A stretch of DNA of 64,000 nucleotides. Origin: Octopus sinensis (Eukaryota). Under the pieces are notes generated by a model that had not been told where the DNA came from, did not search any database, and was given only the letters and a program-made list of their open reading frames with translations. Shown in pieces: positions 13,368 through 26,971 of this stretch. A program made the translations under genes and the position numbers. The DNA is taken from positions 2,604,001-2,668,000 of the forward strand of contig NC_043005.1 of the NCBI RefSeq assembly GCF_006345805.1. The letters run 5' to 3'. Each line of letters opens with the position of its first letter. Within the stretch, counting starts at the first letter, position 1.

Positions 13368-13542
13368 CTCGACTGGTTTCCCTGGCTCGTTTTTCACATT
13401 GTCCATACATGCAGATGTTGTGACCCTCACAATGGCTGTCCTCACGGCAAGGTTCACCCAGAGTTCGATGATAATCGCAAATACCGTAATGAAGGTCACA
13501 GAACATATTGGAGTTACTACAGTCGCTGCTTTTATCACATAT
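13368..13542 (-). CDS. DKK3-like: Dickkopf-3-like protein exon 2: CRD1 (Dickkopf_N-like)
   Basis: Acceptor ttgtttatgttgcag (phase 0), donor CGAG|GTATTT (phase 1); ICDKSSDCSNSNMFCDLHYGICDYHRTLGEPCREDSHCEGHNICMYGQCEKRARETSR(G) aligns with the Dkk CRD1 spacing (CxRDxxC...CxxGxC). Confidence 0.92.
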
Positions 13543-13586
13543 CTGCAACATAAACAACAACAACAATATTAATAATAATAATAATG

Positions 13587-13664
<78 letters not shown>

Positions 13665-13999
13665 GCCCTGATGCAGTACCAGACAATACCACAGATTTGT
13701 TTGTTAGTTGTTTGACCTTAATCAGTTGAGCATGTCCCTTGCTGGTTGATGATATGCTTATCTCTGATCATGAGCAGAAGTAGTGGGGGAGCATCATAGC
13801 CATGGGTTGAGAGGAGTTCGTTGGAGTTTGAATAAATCACCTCGGGAAACATAGGTGTTTCGTTCATCGTCCTCAAACAATCCTTATTCAGGGACCTTTG
13901 GAGTGGGATTGGCTACTCAACCTGAAGAAAATTCTAACTTGGCCCCGCAACGTCGTGGGCCATTTATCTTGATATAATAATAACCCTTTCTACTAAAGG

Positions 14000-14200
14000 C
14001 ACAAATCCTGAAATTTGTGGGAAGGGGATTGGCCGATTACATCGACCCCAGTGTTCCACTGGTACTTACTTTGTCGTCCCCGAAAGGATAAATAGCAAGC
14101 AAAGTCGACCCCGGCGGAATTTGAACTCAAAACGTAGCGACGGGTGAAATACCGCTAAGAATTTCGTCCAGCGTGCTAACGATTCTGCCAGTTCGCTGCC
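14000..14200 (-). mobile_element. SINE family A
   Basis: Reverse complement of the 45853-46088 family. Confidence 0.85.
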
Positions 14201-14294
14201 ATTAAAATATTTAACAAGACCCCTTGTAATTCCTGGCAGAGATTTGAAACCTCCACCTCTAAACCCCTCTACCTACTGGGCCACCAAAGCAACG

Positions 14295-14325
<31 letters not shown>

Positions 14326-14899
14326 CGACAACAGCAACAACAACAGCAACAACAACATTGAACGATTACAAGAAAAGATTAATTTGGGCATGGCGTGTAT
14401 CGATTATAAGAAAGCGTATGACATGGTCGCCCATTCCTGGATTTTAGAAAGCCTTGAACTGGCACAGGTGTCTGATTCTTTGAGCTCCACTTCTTTGAGA
14501 TCAACTTCAAAGGGGAGAAGGGTCCCTTTGAGTCTTTTTAGATGAACCCTTCTAGAGATGGTGTCTCGATAAAAAATGCTGGTGGATTTGACACCATATC
14601 AACACTTTCTTCTACATGAGGATTTAAGACAAAAGGGGTAAATGAGGACAGAACCACAGGTGACGGACTTTCAACCGGAACGAATAAATTGATTGAAGCC
14701 TACATCATCTACAGAGGAAATAAAGTAGGCCTCGAACCAAACTGTAAATGATGGAATTAAGAAAAAGAACCTTGTTGGAAAAGAAGAATAAAACAATCAA
14801 TGAACAAACTACGAAAGGATAAAGTGATGGAGAACGGGATGCAAGTCCCCAAAAAGACTGACCACGGGTAAAACAATTCGATTCCAGTAAAGGCAATGC

Positions 14900-15480
14900 A
14901 GTGGATAATTACCGGCCTATCACCTGCCTGTCCTTGATGTGGAAGCTGATGACAGGAATAATATCTAATTAGGTGTATAACCTCCTGGAAATGAAGGACA
15001 AACTGCCAGTGGAACAGAAAGGGTGCAGAAGGAAAAACCGAGGAACAAAAGATATAAAAAAAGGAAACCAAGATCATAGATATTGCAACATCTGGAGATG
15101 CACGCATAAGTGACAAAGAACTGGAAAAGATTGAAAAGTACAGGCTACTAAAAGAGGAAATTGCAAGAATGTGGACTATGGAGAGAATGTCTGTCATTCC
15201 AGTAGTTGTATGGATACTCAGAGCAATAACGACTAAGTTCCAGAAATATGTCCAAAAAATCGGAACTGACATGAGAGTAGAACAAACCCTAAAACCTGCT
15301 CTGTTTGGGACAGCTAGGATTTTGAGACTGGTACTTGGATGTCGAGTGTCTCTCACGGTAATTAACAAGCCAAGTATCAAAGCTTATAATGTGCGGAAAG
15401 AGACCCTGTGAGGCTTCTGACAGCAGGCTATTGTCCGCTCTCACAGAATCTACCAGAACAATCAAGACCGAACGCTCTGA
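14900..15480 (+). mobile_element. Dong/R4-type LINE relic with a large internal deletion (RT N-terminus fused to REL), followed by (AAT)n
   Basis: [18 protein letters not shown]...EQKGCRRKNRGTKD joined at about 15054 to KIIDIATSGDARISDKELEKIEKY...IPVVV. Confidence 0.85.
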
Positions 15481-15502
15481 ATAGTAATACAACAACAACT
15501 AC

Positions 15503-15546
<44 letters not shown>

Positions 15547-15734
15547 TAATAATAATAATAATCCTTTCTACTACAGGCACAGAGCCAGAAATTTAATGGG
15601 AGGAGGCGAGTTGATTACTTCGATCCCTGAGTGGTACTTGTATCATCGACCCCAAAAAGATGGAAAGCAAAGTTTAGCTTGCTGGGATTTGAGACAGAGA
15701 AAATAGGTTTGAAACATATTCTTCGGTTTTTGTT

Positions 15735-16603
15735 GTTAGTTAATTTTTTGGGCTCAAAAAGCAAAAAGCAAGGCCATGTAGGGGGACATGGAGTTATGTA
15801 CAGGGTGGTGTTCATGTAAAGAGTTCAGGCCACTTGTGGTCAAGGGAGACTTTGAACCGAGCGGTCGTCGGCATCTTCACCATCTCGTCCGGCAGCTTAT
15901 TCCACGGATCCGCAACCCGGACGGAGAAAGCCCCTCTCCTTTGATTGAGGCGAAATCGTCGAGAGCTTTTTGGAGTGACCCCGCAGCCGACGCTCTGGAG
16001 CAGGAGTGAAGAACAGCTCTTTTGAGAGGTTACACTTTCCGCTTATGATGTTGTGAGCAAGAATGAGATCACCACGGCATCGTCGTTTTTCTAGAGAATA
16101 AAGGTCGAGCGTCTTCAGCCTTTCTTCATAAGACAAATGCTTGAGACCAAGAACCATGCGGGTAGCCAGCTTCTGGACTCTTTCGAGATGCTGTATGTCT
16201 TTGAGGAGATAAGGAGAAGAGGCTTGAATCCCGTACTCCAATATGGGTCTCACCAGCGTGACATAGAGTGGCAGGAATATGGCTGCTGTGAGCATTCCGA
16301 ATGACCGTCGAATCAAAAACAGAATTCCGCGTGCTTTGTTGGCAGCATGGACGCACTGGGCCGAAGGCGAAAAGGAGGAATCCACCAAGATACCCAGGTC
16401 CTTTACCTGATCGGTCCTCTCCAGCAGCAGACGACCCGGCTCGAAATCAAGTTGAGTTGCAGGAGGAGAGCCAACAGGCAGATGACAGCACTTTGACACG
16501 TTCAGACACAGGTCCCATTCGTTAGACCATCTCCAAACTCGGTGGAGGCATCATCGAAGATCATCTATATCACTGCGAGGAGCGACCAGTTTGACATCGT
16601 CGG
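15735..16603 (-). mobile_element. CR1-clade LINE, 3' ~870 bp
   Basis: ADDVKL at the 5' edge; ORF 15897-16499 has DLGILVDSSFSPSAQC...LVRPILEYG...LERVQKLATRMV...LYSLEKRR. Confidence 0.92.
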
Positions 16604-17859
16604 CATTGTTGTTGTTGCTGTTGCTGTTATTCTTATTCTTGTTGTTGTTGTTGGCAGTGGTGATGGTGGTGGTGTATGAAAGTTGTGATAAAAGGTATTC
16701 CAGCCGTGACTAACCCGTCTTTTATTTATTTTTCGAGTGTCCGGTTTTTGTGGGGTGGAGGAGATGATGGAGCCTGATTTAAGGCTGATTTATCTGCTAT
16801 GTCTAGTAGATCAAACGACCACGATGTGCGTTGTGGGTCCTGATCATTCGTGGTAAGGTTTGTTACGTAGATGATGAGGAGGAGGAAGAGGAGCAGGGGA
16901 GGGGAGGAGAAGAAGGAAGACGATTACTAGTGCTGTTGTTTAGCCCAAGGTCAGTCTTGATTGCGCACACTTATACTAAAAGATGTTACAACTAAGACTA
17001 TCGAATCTTATTTTCCGACATAAGTCTATCTAGGATTCTAGATTTCAAGGTGATTTGGCTGCGATTTCTAACAGGTCGATGAAGTATCAAAGAAATTACG
17101 GAGTTCAGCAAACGAAAGACGTTGGAAAATTGTCAGAAGAATTGGTCGAAAGGAATACGAAGTAGTTTTGATGGGGAGAGAGTGAGACCGGAACGATGTG
17201 GTGGTGATGATGCTGGGCAGGAATATGATGACTGGAGAAAAGTCACCCAAAAAGAAGCTATTTGACCAGAAGCAAAAATAAATCATGGTGGAAAAGTGTC
17301 ACATTTGAAATAAACACACCGTATTTACTCGTATATAAATCGAACTCATGTATAAGTCGTACCCCTAATTTAGCGTTAAAGTTTGGTACAAATTTTCCCC
17401 CATCATAATTTTAGCTTTACCCCGTACTTTCTCGAGTAAATCGCACTAATAACACGAGAAAATATTGTGAAGTCCCAGTCAAATGTTGGAGTTGATTTAA
17501 TCGACTCTCCCCTACACTCTCACTAAAAAAAAAAAAAATTCTGGGTTTATGCTTCTCTAAAATTTCTGCTGATAATACAGAAAAGGCTAAAGTTCCATCC
17601 CGAGTGATGTGCACTCGCAAGGCTGGTTTCCTGGATTCTGTGGCATGTGTATTCTTCCCTCCCTAGATGGGACGCCACTCCATCTCAATGCATCGCCCGG
17701 TCGAGGAATCGAAACTGCAACTTTACGATCATGAGTCCGACACGCTAAACCAATAAGTCATGAGCATCCGACAATACATAATTAGTATACAAAGTCAACA
17801 ACAACAACACTGAGAGGTATTAGTTTAGCTAAAAAGCGAGCAATTTGATGGGCGGGGCA

Positions 17860-18030
17860 TCAATCGCTTAATATCGATCCAGTGTTTGACAGGTAGCTTT
17901 ATTTTATCGACCCTGGAATGGTGAAGGGCAAAAATTATCGCCGACGAAATTTGAATTCAGAATGTAAAAAAAATCGGAACAAATAGCACAAGACATTTTG
18001 TCCAATCCCTAAAGAATTCTACGCCTCCCT
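17860..18030 (-). mobile_element. SINE family A, decayed
   Basis: ttttatcgaccctgga...aatttgaattcagaatgta is the reverse complement of the family A core. Confidence 0.7.
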
Positions 18031-18169
18031 ATCCTGACCTCCCCCAATCATTACATTTATGTAATGCAAAATAAAAAGACAATGTTTTCTATTCGAGCGA
18101 GGCGAGGCTCTCACTTCTTTCCTTCTCTCACTGTTTTGCTTTGGATCCGTTTCTTCAACAGCAAATCTT

Positions 18170-18400
18170 ATAAAACACCACTTTGCGTCCCTTCATCTTT
18201 TCTGCCCACCATCCCTGCAAGAGTCGTCCTCAGGCTCCTCCTCCAAACCGTCGTTACGCTTTCCGTCTGGAAACCAACCAGGCATAACCAACCGAGACTA
18301 TGGATACTATCCAATCATCCCGTTCTCGCTCTACTCCAACTTCTCCTCTTGGCTTCCAGAATATGTCTTGTGATTCATTCCTGCAACTTTCTAATCGCAT
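18170..18400 (-). mobile_element. Decayed RTE LINE 3' fragment
   Basis: Minus-strand ILEAKRRSWSRARTG*LDSIHSLG...TVWRR resembles the RTE C-terminal GRPRxxWxD...DRxxWR motif. Confidence 0.5.
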
Positions 18401-18439
18401 TCCACTTTCAACCTTTTATTGAAAGGTTCGATTCCCGGC

Positions 18440-18670
18440 GGCGCGTTGTGTTCTTGAACAAGACACTTTATGTCCCGCTGCTTCAGTCCACTCAGATAGC
18501 AAAATTAAGTAGTACCTGTATTTCAAAGGGCCAACTTTGTTACACTCTATGAGAATTAGATCAAATGAACACGTGTCTGTGGAGTACTCAGCCACTTGCA
18601 TGGTAATTTCACGAGCAGGCTGTTCCGTTTATCGGATTGACTGGAACGTTCGTCGTCGTAACCGACAGAG
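18440..18670 (+). mobile_element. SINE family C, 3' part
   Basis: gtacctgtatttcaaagggcc...cacgtgtctgtggagtactcagccac matches 62230-62400. Confidence 0.8.
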
Positions 18671-19554
18671 GACCAGTTTATTTGTTTCCTTTATTATCTT
18701 TCCAGGCTGCGTCTCTAAACTAAACAGATCCATTAAAGTTAGCTTCTAATTACGAATCCAGTTAACCGCTTCCTGAAACAAAAAACAACAGACCCTCATT
18801 AGACGGGATTGGAGTTCTTCCACCTGGTCACTTGACATGATGGAAATAGCAGTCAAGTCTTCCTCAAACTTCATTCTATCTCTTTAGCAAAACAACACAT
18901 TGGCTGATTAATTGAAGCTATTGATCACATATCAGTTCGATCAGGGCAGTTATTGATAAACAACCACCCACAGTGATGCACTCTCTGCCGCCCGTCCACA
19001 TTCAAAATTAACATCCACCCACACGGAAACAAATACCAACAGCGAAAGACAATAACGTTTAACATTTGTTCATACAAAATAGAGCGGAGGGGGCGGCTAG
19101 AAAATGGTGGCCGGGCAGAAAAACAGGTAAACGAAGAACTCGACGACGACCATGATTATTCACAGCAGTTTCCAAAGGATTAACCTTAATATAATTTTAA
19201 TGCTTCGCTGCTTAATATATCTCAGTTCTAACTACAGAGCACTCTATATATTGAAAACAGACACAAGACCTTTATGTTGTACAAGATTTCTCAACATTGG
19301 ATCGACGGGCGTCCCGGAATTTGATTCTGACAGATATGCGATGCAGGATATCTGCAGAAAATATCAAATCGCATCAAGACATTTAGTTGTCTGCGAGTAA
19401 TTCCTTTTTCGGTGAGATTACCGAGGAAAATGGACGACAATAGGAAGATGCGCAGAAGTCGAGGCAGAAGAAAAAGAATCTGCTTTATTTTATATCTATA
19501 TATGCGCGCGCGCGTGTGAGTGTGTGTACATGTACGTATATATATATCTATATT

Positions 19555-19608
<54 letters not shown>

Positions 19609-19713
19609 TGTATATACACATATATGTGTAATTATGTTCGCGTTTATGAAATTATAGGTGTATGAACACATACATACGCATACACATATTTATAAATATG
19701 CACATGTATATGC

Positions 19714-19751
<38 letters not shown>

Positions 19752-20459
19752 GTATATATATATATGTACATACATGCATGCAAACATATATAAGACATAT
19801 ATATATATATATATATATAATATATATACATACATATATATTCGTGCATACATACACAAGTATAATAAATATACACATATAAGTGTATATACGCGGACAT
19901 TCTTTCATGTGTCACAATAGGGCCTGTGTGTGTATGTGTGCATGCGTGCGCATGTGTGCACGTGTGCATGTATGTGTATGTGTGTGTACATGTTGATATA
20001 TGGGATGGATTTATCTTTCTAAACAATTGCCCACTTACACATATACGCACAGCACCGATACACACACAAACAGAATCATAGGCGTGTATATATGTATATA
20101 CGTATGCACGTACGTATTCATGCATGTATGTATATATGCATGCATGTATGCATGGTTGTGTTTCTTGTTCCAGATCTTTATATTTCTGAGACTTCCTTTA
20201 TCCAAGGTAAACGTGTCTGGTGTCCTACTTCTAATTTCCCAGAAATTCAAAGAATCGATCGCTACCAATATTCTCGTAAAGTTAATCGGATGTTTTTATT
20301 AAACGAATATGTCATCAGAACACATTCAAACGATGGCCTCTCAGGCTTTGAAATCGTTTAGATGTTGCAATATTTCATAGAAATTTAACGTTTCGATATA
20401 GATATGTACAAGCGTTGTAATTAAAAAGTATTCTGCACACACACACACACACACCACAC

Positions 20460-20537
<78 letters not shown>

Positions 20538-20941
20538 CGCACGCACACACACACGCACGCACACACCACACACACGCACGCACACACACTCAGTGCAATG
20601 CTACGGCAGCCAACATACAGAACGCACGTAAAGTATATCGCACATATACACTCACTAGAATATATACCCACACACCTTACACACACCGTTAGTGACAGGT
20701 ACACGTGCGTGTACACGAAACGCGACGCAACCTCACACAGCAATGTGCGTGCACGCGCGCGCTCATCTGTGTATGCATGTGCCATGTGTGCGTGTATGTA
20801 CGCGTGTGTGTATGCGTACCTGCGTGCGGGTGTGTGTGTACATAAATGTATGTAGACAGACAGACAGACAGATATACAGATAGATATAGACAGACAGATA
20901 CAGACAGACAGACAGACATACAGACAGACAGACAGACAGAC

Positions 20942-21027
<86 letters not shown>

Positions 21028-21069
21028 GCTCCATCTTGACAGATGATAGCCATCTCAACCTATATCGTC

Positions 21070-21850
21070 CCGATGTGTTCTCTGACATGATTCTTAAGAC
21101 CAGCTTTGATTTTCAAGACTGCAAATCTATTTGACAGATAAGACCCCAAACTCCTACAGTGATTCTATATTTATGGCCTGGAAGTCTCATGCACTTCCAT
21201 ATATCTTCTCCATCCCAAGTGAACGCAACAGATTTTTCCACACAGGCCTCGTTACAATAGAAACCGAACGATATCCTTGTTAAATGCCTCTTGGTTTCAC
21301 AAATCATGGTGTGATTTCATATGGTTTATGTAGTCAATTTTTGACAAATATCGGCAACAAAGACTGCATTTCCAATTCTTAATCTCATCTGGAGCATCCG
21401 TGGTACTTCTTTTTGTCAAAGTACGGTTTAACTTGACAAGATGGCATTTGGTTCACTCAAAACTAACAATTCCTTCTTTCACCAGGGACCTCCATCCATT
21501 TCTATCAGACACTTTCTGTTCCAAGAATTGAACATCCATTTTCAATTTCACTTCGTTATGAATATAGTTCTTGTACCATTTCTAAAATTTATGTTGTGGT
21601 CATTTTCCAAATAGCCGCTGGGACCGTCTCACCTCTGACACACATGCGAAGGTGCCCTGCCCATCGCATCTTATTCTGTAATGCATGTGGCTCAAAAGAA
21701 ACGCTGGTTGCCCTCTGAATTACTTCCGTATCGCATAGCAAATCAGCCTGTTATATATTCCATATTCTTTTAAGGAATTTTGGTGGAATTTCTCACGTAT
21801 TTTTACATGGCTAATATGAGTAGTGTATCTCTCACAAGCACACAAGAGCG
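21070..21850 (-). mobile_element. Decayed RTE LINE 3' part in Dkk intron 1
   Basis: QNKMRWAGHLRM, WEQKVSDRNGWRSLVKEG-like and KAGLKNHVREH (C-terminal zinc-finger-like) motifs on the minus strand. Confidence 0.75.
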
Positions 21851-22045
21851 GTGTCAGTATGCACCGTCGGTAACGCTGATCTTTGTGTGTGCTGTAACAC
21901 CTCAGTTTGACCGAAGGCCTTTTCTCAAGTTGACCGGAAAACTGCCCTAGCTGATAGTTTCAGTTTTCAGTATAATTTCAGAATGTGTATGTATGTGTGC
22001 ATATCTATATATGTTATGTTTATGTGTGCCTAAATATATATATAT

Positions 22046-22178
<133 letters not shown>

Positions 22179-22238
22179 TGAGAGAGAGGGTAGACAGACA
22201 TAGATATACTTACATGTATATATATACACAAATGCACA

Positions 22239-22272
<34 letters not shown>

Positions 22273-22323
22273 CATATACATATATAATATATATATATAT
22301 ATACATATATATATAAATATATA

Positions 22324-22404
<81 letters not shown>

Positions 22405-22575
22405 CATTTGTGTATATATATACATGTAAGTATATCTATGTAAATATATATATATATAAATATATATATATGTATATATGTATATACACATGTACATATG
22501 TATATATATATATACACATCCACACATATGCTCATGCATAATATATATATATACGCATATAAATATACACAGATA

Positions 22576-22737
22576 GGCGCAGGAGTGGCTGTGTGGTAAG
22601 TAGCTTGCTAACCAAACACATGGTTCCGGGTTCAGTCCCACTGCGTGGCACCTTGGGCAAGTGTCTTCTACTATAGTCCCGGGCCGACCAATGCCTTGTG
22701 AGTGGATTTGGTAGACGGAAACTGAAAGAAGCCCGTC

Positions 22738-22789
<52 letters not shown>

Positions 22790-23005
22790 GTATGTGTGTG
22801 TGTGTGTTTTCTCCCCCTAGCATTGCTTGACAACCGATGCTGGTGTGTTTACGTCCCCGTCACTTAGCGGTTCGGCAAAAGAGTCCGATAGAATAAGTAC
22901 TGGGCTTACAAAGAATAAGTCCCGGGGTCGATTTGCTCGACTAAAGGCGGTGCTCCAGCATGGCCGCAGTCAAATGATTGAAACAAGTAAAAGAGTAAAA
23001 GAGTA
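22576..23005 (+). mobile_element. SINE family B, full-length with internal (TA)n expansion
   Basis: ggcgcaggagtggctgtgtggtaag head, gggttcagtccc B-box-like, tail (gtaaaaga)n. Confidence 0.9.
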
Positions 23006-23215
23006 GATATATATATACACACACACACATACACACATATGCATATATATAGAGAGGGGGAGCTGAGAGAAGGGTGAGAAGATAGGTAATGCGTATATAT
23101 ATGCAAATTAAGGATATAAAGGCACAATAAAGAATTCGTTAAAATTGAGTTGAAGAAGTTGAAATATAAAATGTTATGTCCTTACCATTTTCTGATCGAG
23201 CATATTTCGACTCAC

Positions 23216-23368
23216 CACAGCATGTATATTCCTGGGATGGGTGCTAAGTCTTTTACTGATCTGACCTTGGATGGGGGAACTCTGTAATAATGTCCAGATA
23301 TTGCAGAAACATAACGAAAAACTGTTTAGGAACAAAAGGACTTCAAAATATCGATTTTCACGTTTCAT
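23216..23368 (-). CDS. DKK3-like: Dickkopf-3-like protein exon 1 (signal peptide and short N-terminus); alternative in-frame donor at 23186
   Basis: ATG at 23368; MKRENRYFEVLLFLNSFSLCFCNIWTLLQSSPIQGQISKRLSTHPRNIHAV has a basic N-region and hydrophobic core; phase-0 donors GTG|GTGAGT (23216) and ATG|GTAAGG (23186) both match the phase-0 acceptor of exon 2. Confidence 0.78.
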
Positions 23369-23900
23369 GTTGTATTTTCTTGTTGTTTCTCTATTTGGTA
23401 TTGATGAAAACAAATCAATCAATTTTATCTTCAATCAAACTAAATCCCTCGTCTGGCGATATTGCAAATATTATCGTCTGCTTTGATGATTTAACTCAAG
23501 AATATACCTATTATAAACGCGGTAGGAGGTGAATGGAGTCTGTAAATGAAAGATTTAACAGCATAAATTTATTCAGCTGATAAATATTTTGTTGATTTCG
23601 GATGATATCAAATCAAATAAATCTGTATTTATTTGTCCGTAATTTCTTTGAATGTGTGTAAGATTTAAACGATTTTTTCTGTCACTTGAAATAAATATCA
23701 CAAAAGAAAATGGCGGAAAAGCATAAAATATAAATACATGTCTGTGCAAATAAAAAAGTTATTGTTGTATTTATATAAATATGATATTATCGATTAGATT
23801 GTTATTGCCAGTATTTCTGCTATAGCCATTTGTTTCATTAAATGTTTTAAGAGTCGGAAGCAAAAGTCTTGCTGGCGTTTTGTTTGCTTCAAAGCTGTTT
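23369..23900 (-). promoter_or_regulatory. Putative 5'UTR/proximal promoter of the Dkk-like gene with three TCF/LEF-type motifs
   Basis: Repeat-free sequence; CTTTGAT 23481-23487, CTTTGAA 23646-23652, TTCAAAG 23888-23894; TATA-like tttatataaa near 23770. TSS unknown. Confidence 0.4.
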
Positions 23901-24169
23901 AGAATCTCGGTTGTTTCAAAACGTGATTTTGTCAGGTGGCAGAATAAATGGCAGAAACATCTGAGGAGAGAAATTCACCATTCCATTTGAAAAATAAAAG
24001 TGAAAAAGCGAAACCTTGAGATACCTTTAAAGGGTCAGGTGGATCCCTTTTACTAGTCTTACAAAGTTGAGCGCAGTTTCTTTTATATATGTATGTGTGT
24101 ATGTGTATTTGTGCATAGATAGATATGCGTATATGAATACGTGTGTGTCAGTAGACATACACATACATG

Positions 24170-24207
<38 letters not shown>

Positions 24208-25083
24208 CGTGTGGGGGTTGTATTTGTGTAAGTGAATAGTAAATAGAGGTTTAGTTGACACCTACACTGACAATATAATTTAAATGCGGAAAGCATACAC
24301 ACGCGCGCCCGCGCGAGCAGATGGCGAAACTGAAATTAAAAACTGAAGAATGGAGGGGAGGGGAAGAGAAGAGGGGGACTTAGAAGGGTGGGGAAGTTGG
24401 GGAAGTTGGGATATTTGTGTGAGGTGGGGGATGTGTATGTGTGAATGTGTGCGTATATGTGTGTGTATAGGTGTGGTAAAGTGGATGTTGAAGTATAAAA
24501 GTGATAAAATGTGTAAGTGTTGGGGATGTGGGTGTAGAGGGGGGTGAGTAGATAACAGCGTCATGACCACATTGTGGTGGGGATGGGAGGGGGGGCAAGA
24601 TGAGGGGGTAAAGTTTTAAAACAACAACAACAAAAGTTGGAGAAAAGAAGAAGGATAAATGCAAAAAAAGAGAGAAGAAAGAATTGAAAGAAAGGAACGA
24701 AGAGAAAAGAAGAAAATAAAGAAGTAAGACTGCGAGGCGGTGGCGGTGGGGGTTAATGAATGAGAGAGGAAAGAGGAAGGAGAGAAGGAGAGTAAAGAAA
24801 GAAAAACTGTAATGCCATATTGAAGGAAAGAGATGAAGGGAAGAAAGAAGAAGAAGAAGAAGAAGAAGAAGAAGAAGAAGAAGAAGAAGAAGATGGAAGG
24901 AAGGAAGGAAGGAAGGAAGGAAGGAAGGAAAAGCGCGATGACAGTCGTGTCAACGGTGTCACGACCACAAACATACACACACACTCTCTCTCACACACAC
25001 ACACTTTATACATCTGATCTTATTAGTGCTTGCTTATGGCTGTGCATATATATGCACGCATGTATATATATTATACACACATA

Positions 25084-25125
<42 letters not shown>

Positions 25126-25128
25126 TGC

Positions 25129-25162
<34 letters not shown>

Positions 25163-25259
25163 GTAAATACGTATATATATATTATATATATATGTATGTA
25201 TGTATGAATATATGTATGTATGTATTATGCATGTATATAAGAAAAGAAATGTGTGTATG

Positions 25260-25290
<31 letters not shown>

Positions 25291-25652
25291 TTTTAAAAAA
25301 GAATCAAAACTCAACCCCAAAAACTAAATGTCACGTGCCAGTGTCTGTCGGGGTTTTTCATTTTGTTTTATTTTTTTCTCTCTTATTTACTGTCTTTTAT
25401 TTTCATCTGCCAAAAGTTTGTCAGGGTCTTAACATCAGATCAGCAAGTGGTTAAAGTGGGGGGTGGGGTGTAGCAAAGGGTGTGATGGCAGTATGAGACT
25501 ATGTGGCGAGGGGTGGGTATGCATGTCCGTGTGTGGGGAGAGAGTTACAAGGGTGTGTTTGGCAAGATGGCTACGACTGAAGTAGGATGGTGGCGGTGCC
25601 AGGCGGAGCTTGCCGAAAATGAAAAAAATTAAAATGACGTGACCGTTTGTTT

Positions 25653-25684
<32 letters not shown>

Positions 25685-26752
25685 TGTGGTGTGTGTGTGT
25701 GTGTGTGGTGTGTGTGTGTAGTTGTAGTAGACGATGTCCGCGTAAACTAAAATGCAGTCCAAGTTCAGACAGATAAGTAGAGAGAGAGAGAGAGAGGCAG
25801 ACAGGCAGACAGACAGTTAAGTAGAGAGAGACAGACATACAGACAGGCAGGCAGACAGAGACAGACAGCGACACACACACACAGACAGATAAATAAATAG
25901 ACAAAGAGACAGAAAGGCAGGCAGACAGATATGTGGTCGCTCGTGGCTAGAAATACCAGCCAAATCTCCCTGAAATTACACCAAGTAAATGTTCACATAA
26001 AGCAAAGTTATGTTGGGCAATGAAGAACTAGACAAATGCCAAGAGGATGGTAATGGCGGGGGGAGGGAATACCCTTGATCTTCGATCTGCTCAACCAGGG
26101 TTGGCCTGGGGCTAAATAACAACCAGCTTTACAGTCACCCCTCCTTCTCTGAATCCACCACCACCACCACCACCACCACCATCTCTGTCAGCCACCAGTA
26201 TTGCCACCATCAACAACCACATCCACAACTACCACCCCTACACCTCCACCAAAACCATCATCACCACCATAACAACCACGACCACCACCGCCGTCAAAAT
26301 CCCCACCATCGCCACCACAACTCACCGCCACCCATTAGTGGCATGTTGCCATACTTGCCATTGGTAAGTCAACACAAAAAGACCAACAAAAGTTGGTCGA
26401 GTGACATTTTAATTTATAGCGAATTATCAGTAATTTGAATCAAAACATCCACCCTTAATGGAAGTTGACACAACTCAGCACCAACGCAGCCGCCGCCACC
26501 CGACACCCGACATACGCTTAACAGCATTCAGTTCGATGCGGCCGGTTTCTTAGTTCACCTCTTGTCTGTATTGATTGTTTTACTTTGACAGCCCTTCATA
26601 TGCAACACCCTTAGGGTCCGGTACCTGAAGAAAGAAAGAGAGAAAGAAAGAAACTAACTGGGTAGGAGAAAAATGCAAGATAGGTAGAAAGATAGATAGA
26701 TAGACAGATAGACAGACAGACAGACATATAGATTGATAGATAGATAGATATT

Positions 26753-26891
<139 letters not shown>

Positions 26892-26898
26892 GGTAGAC

Positions 26899-26971
<73 letters not shown>

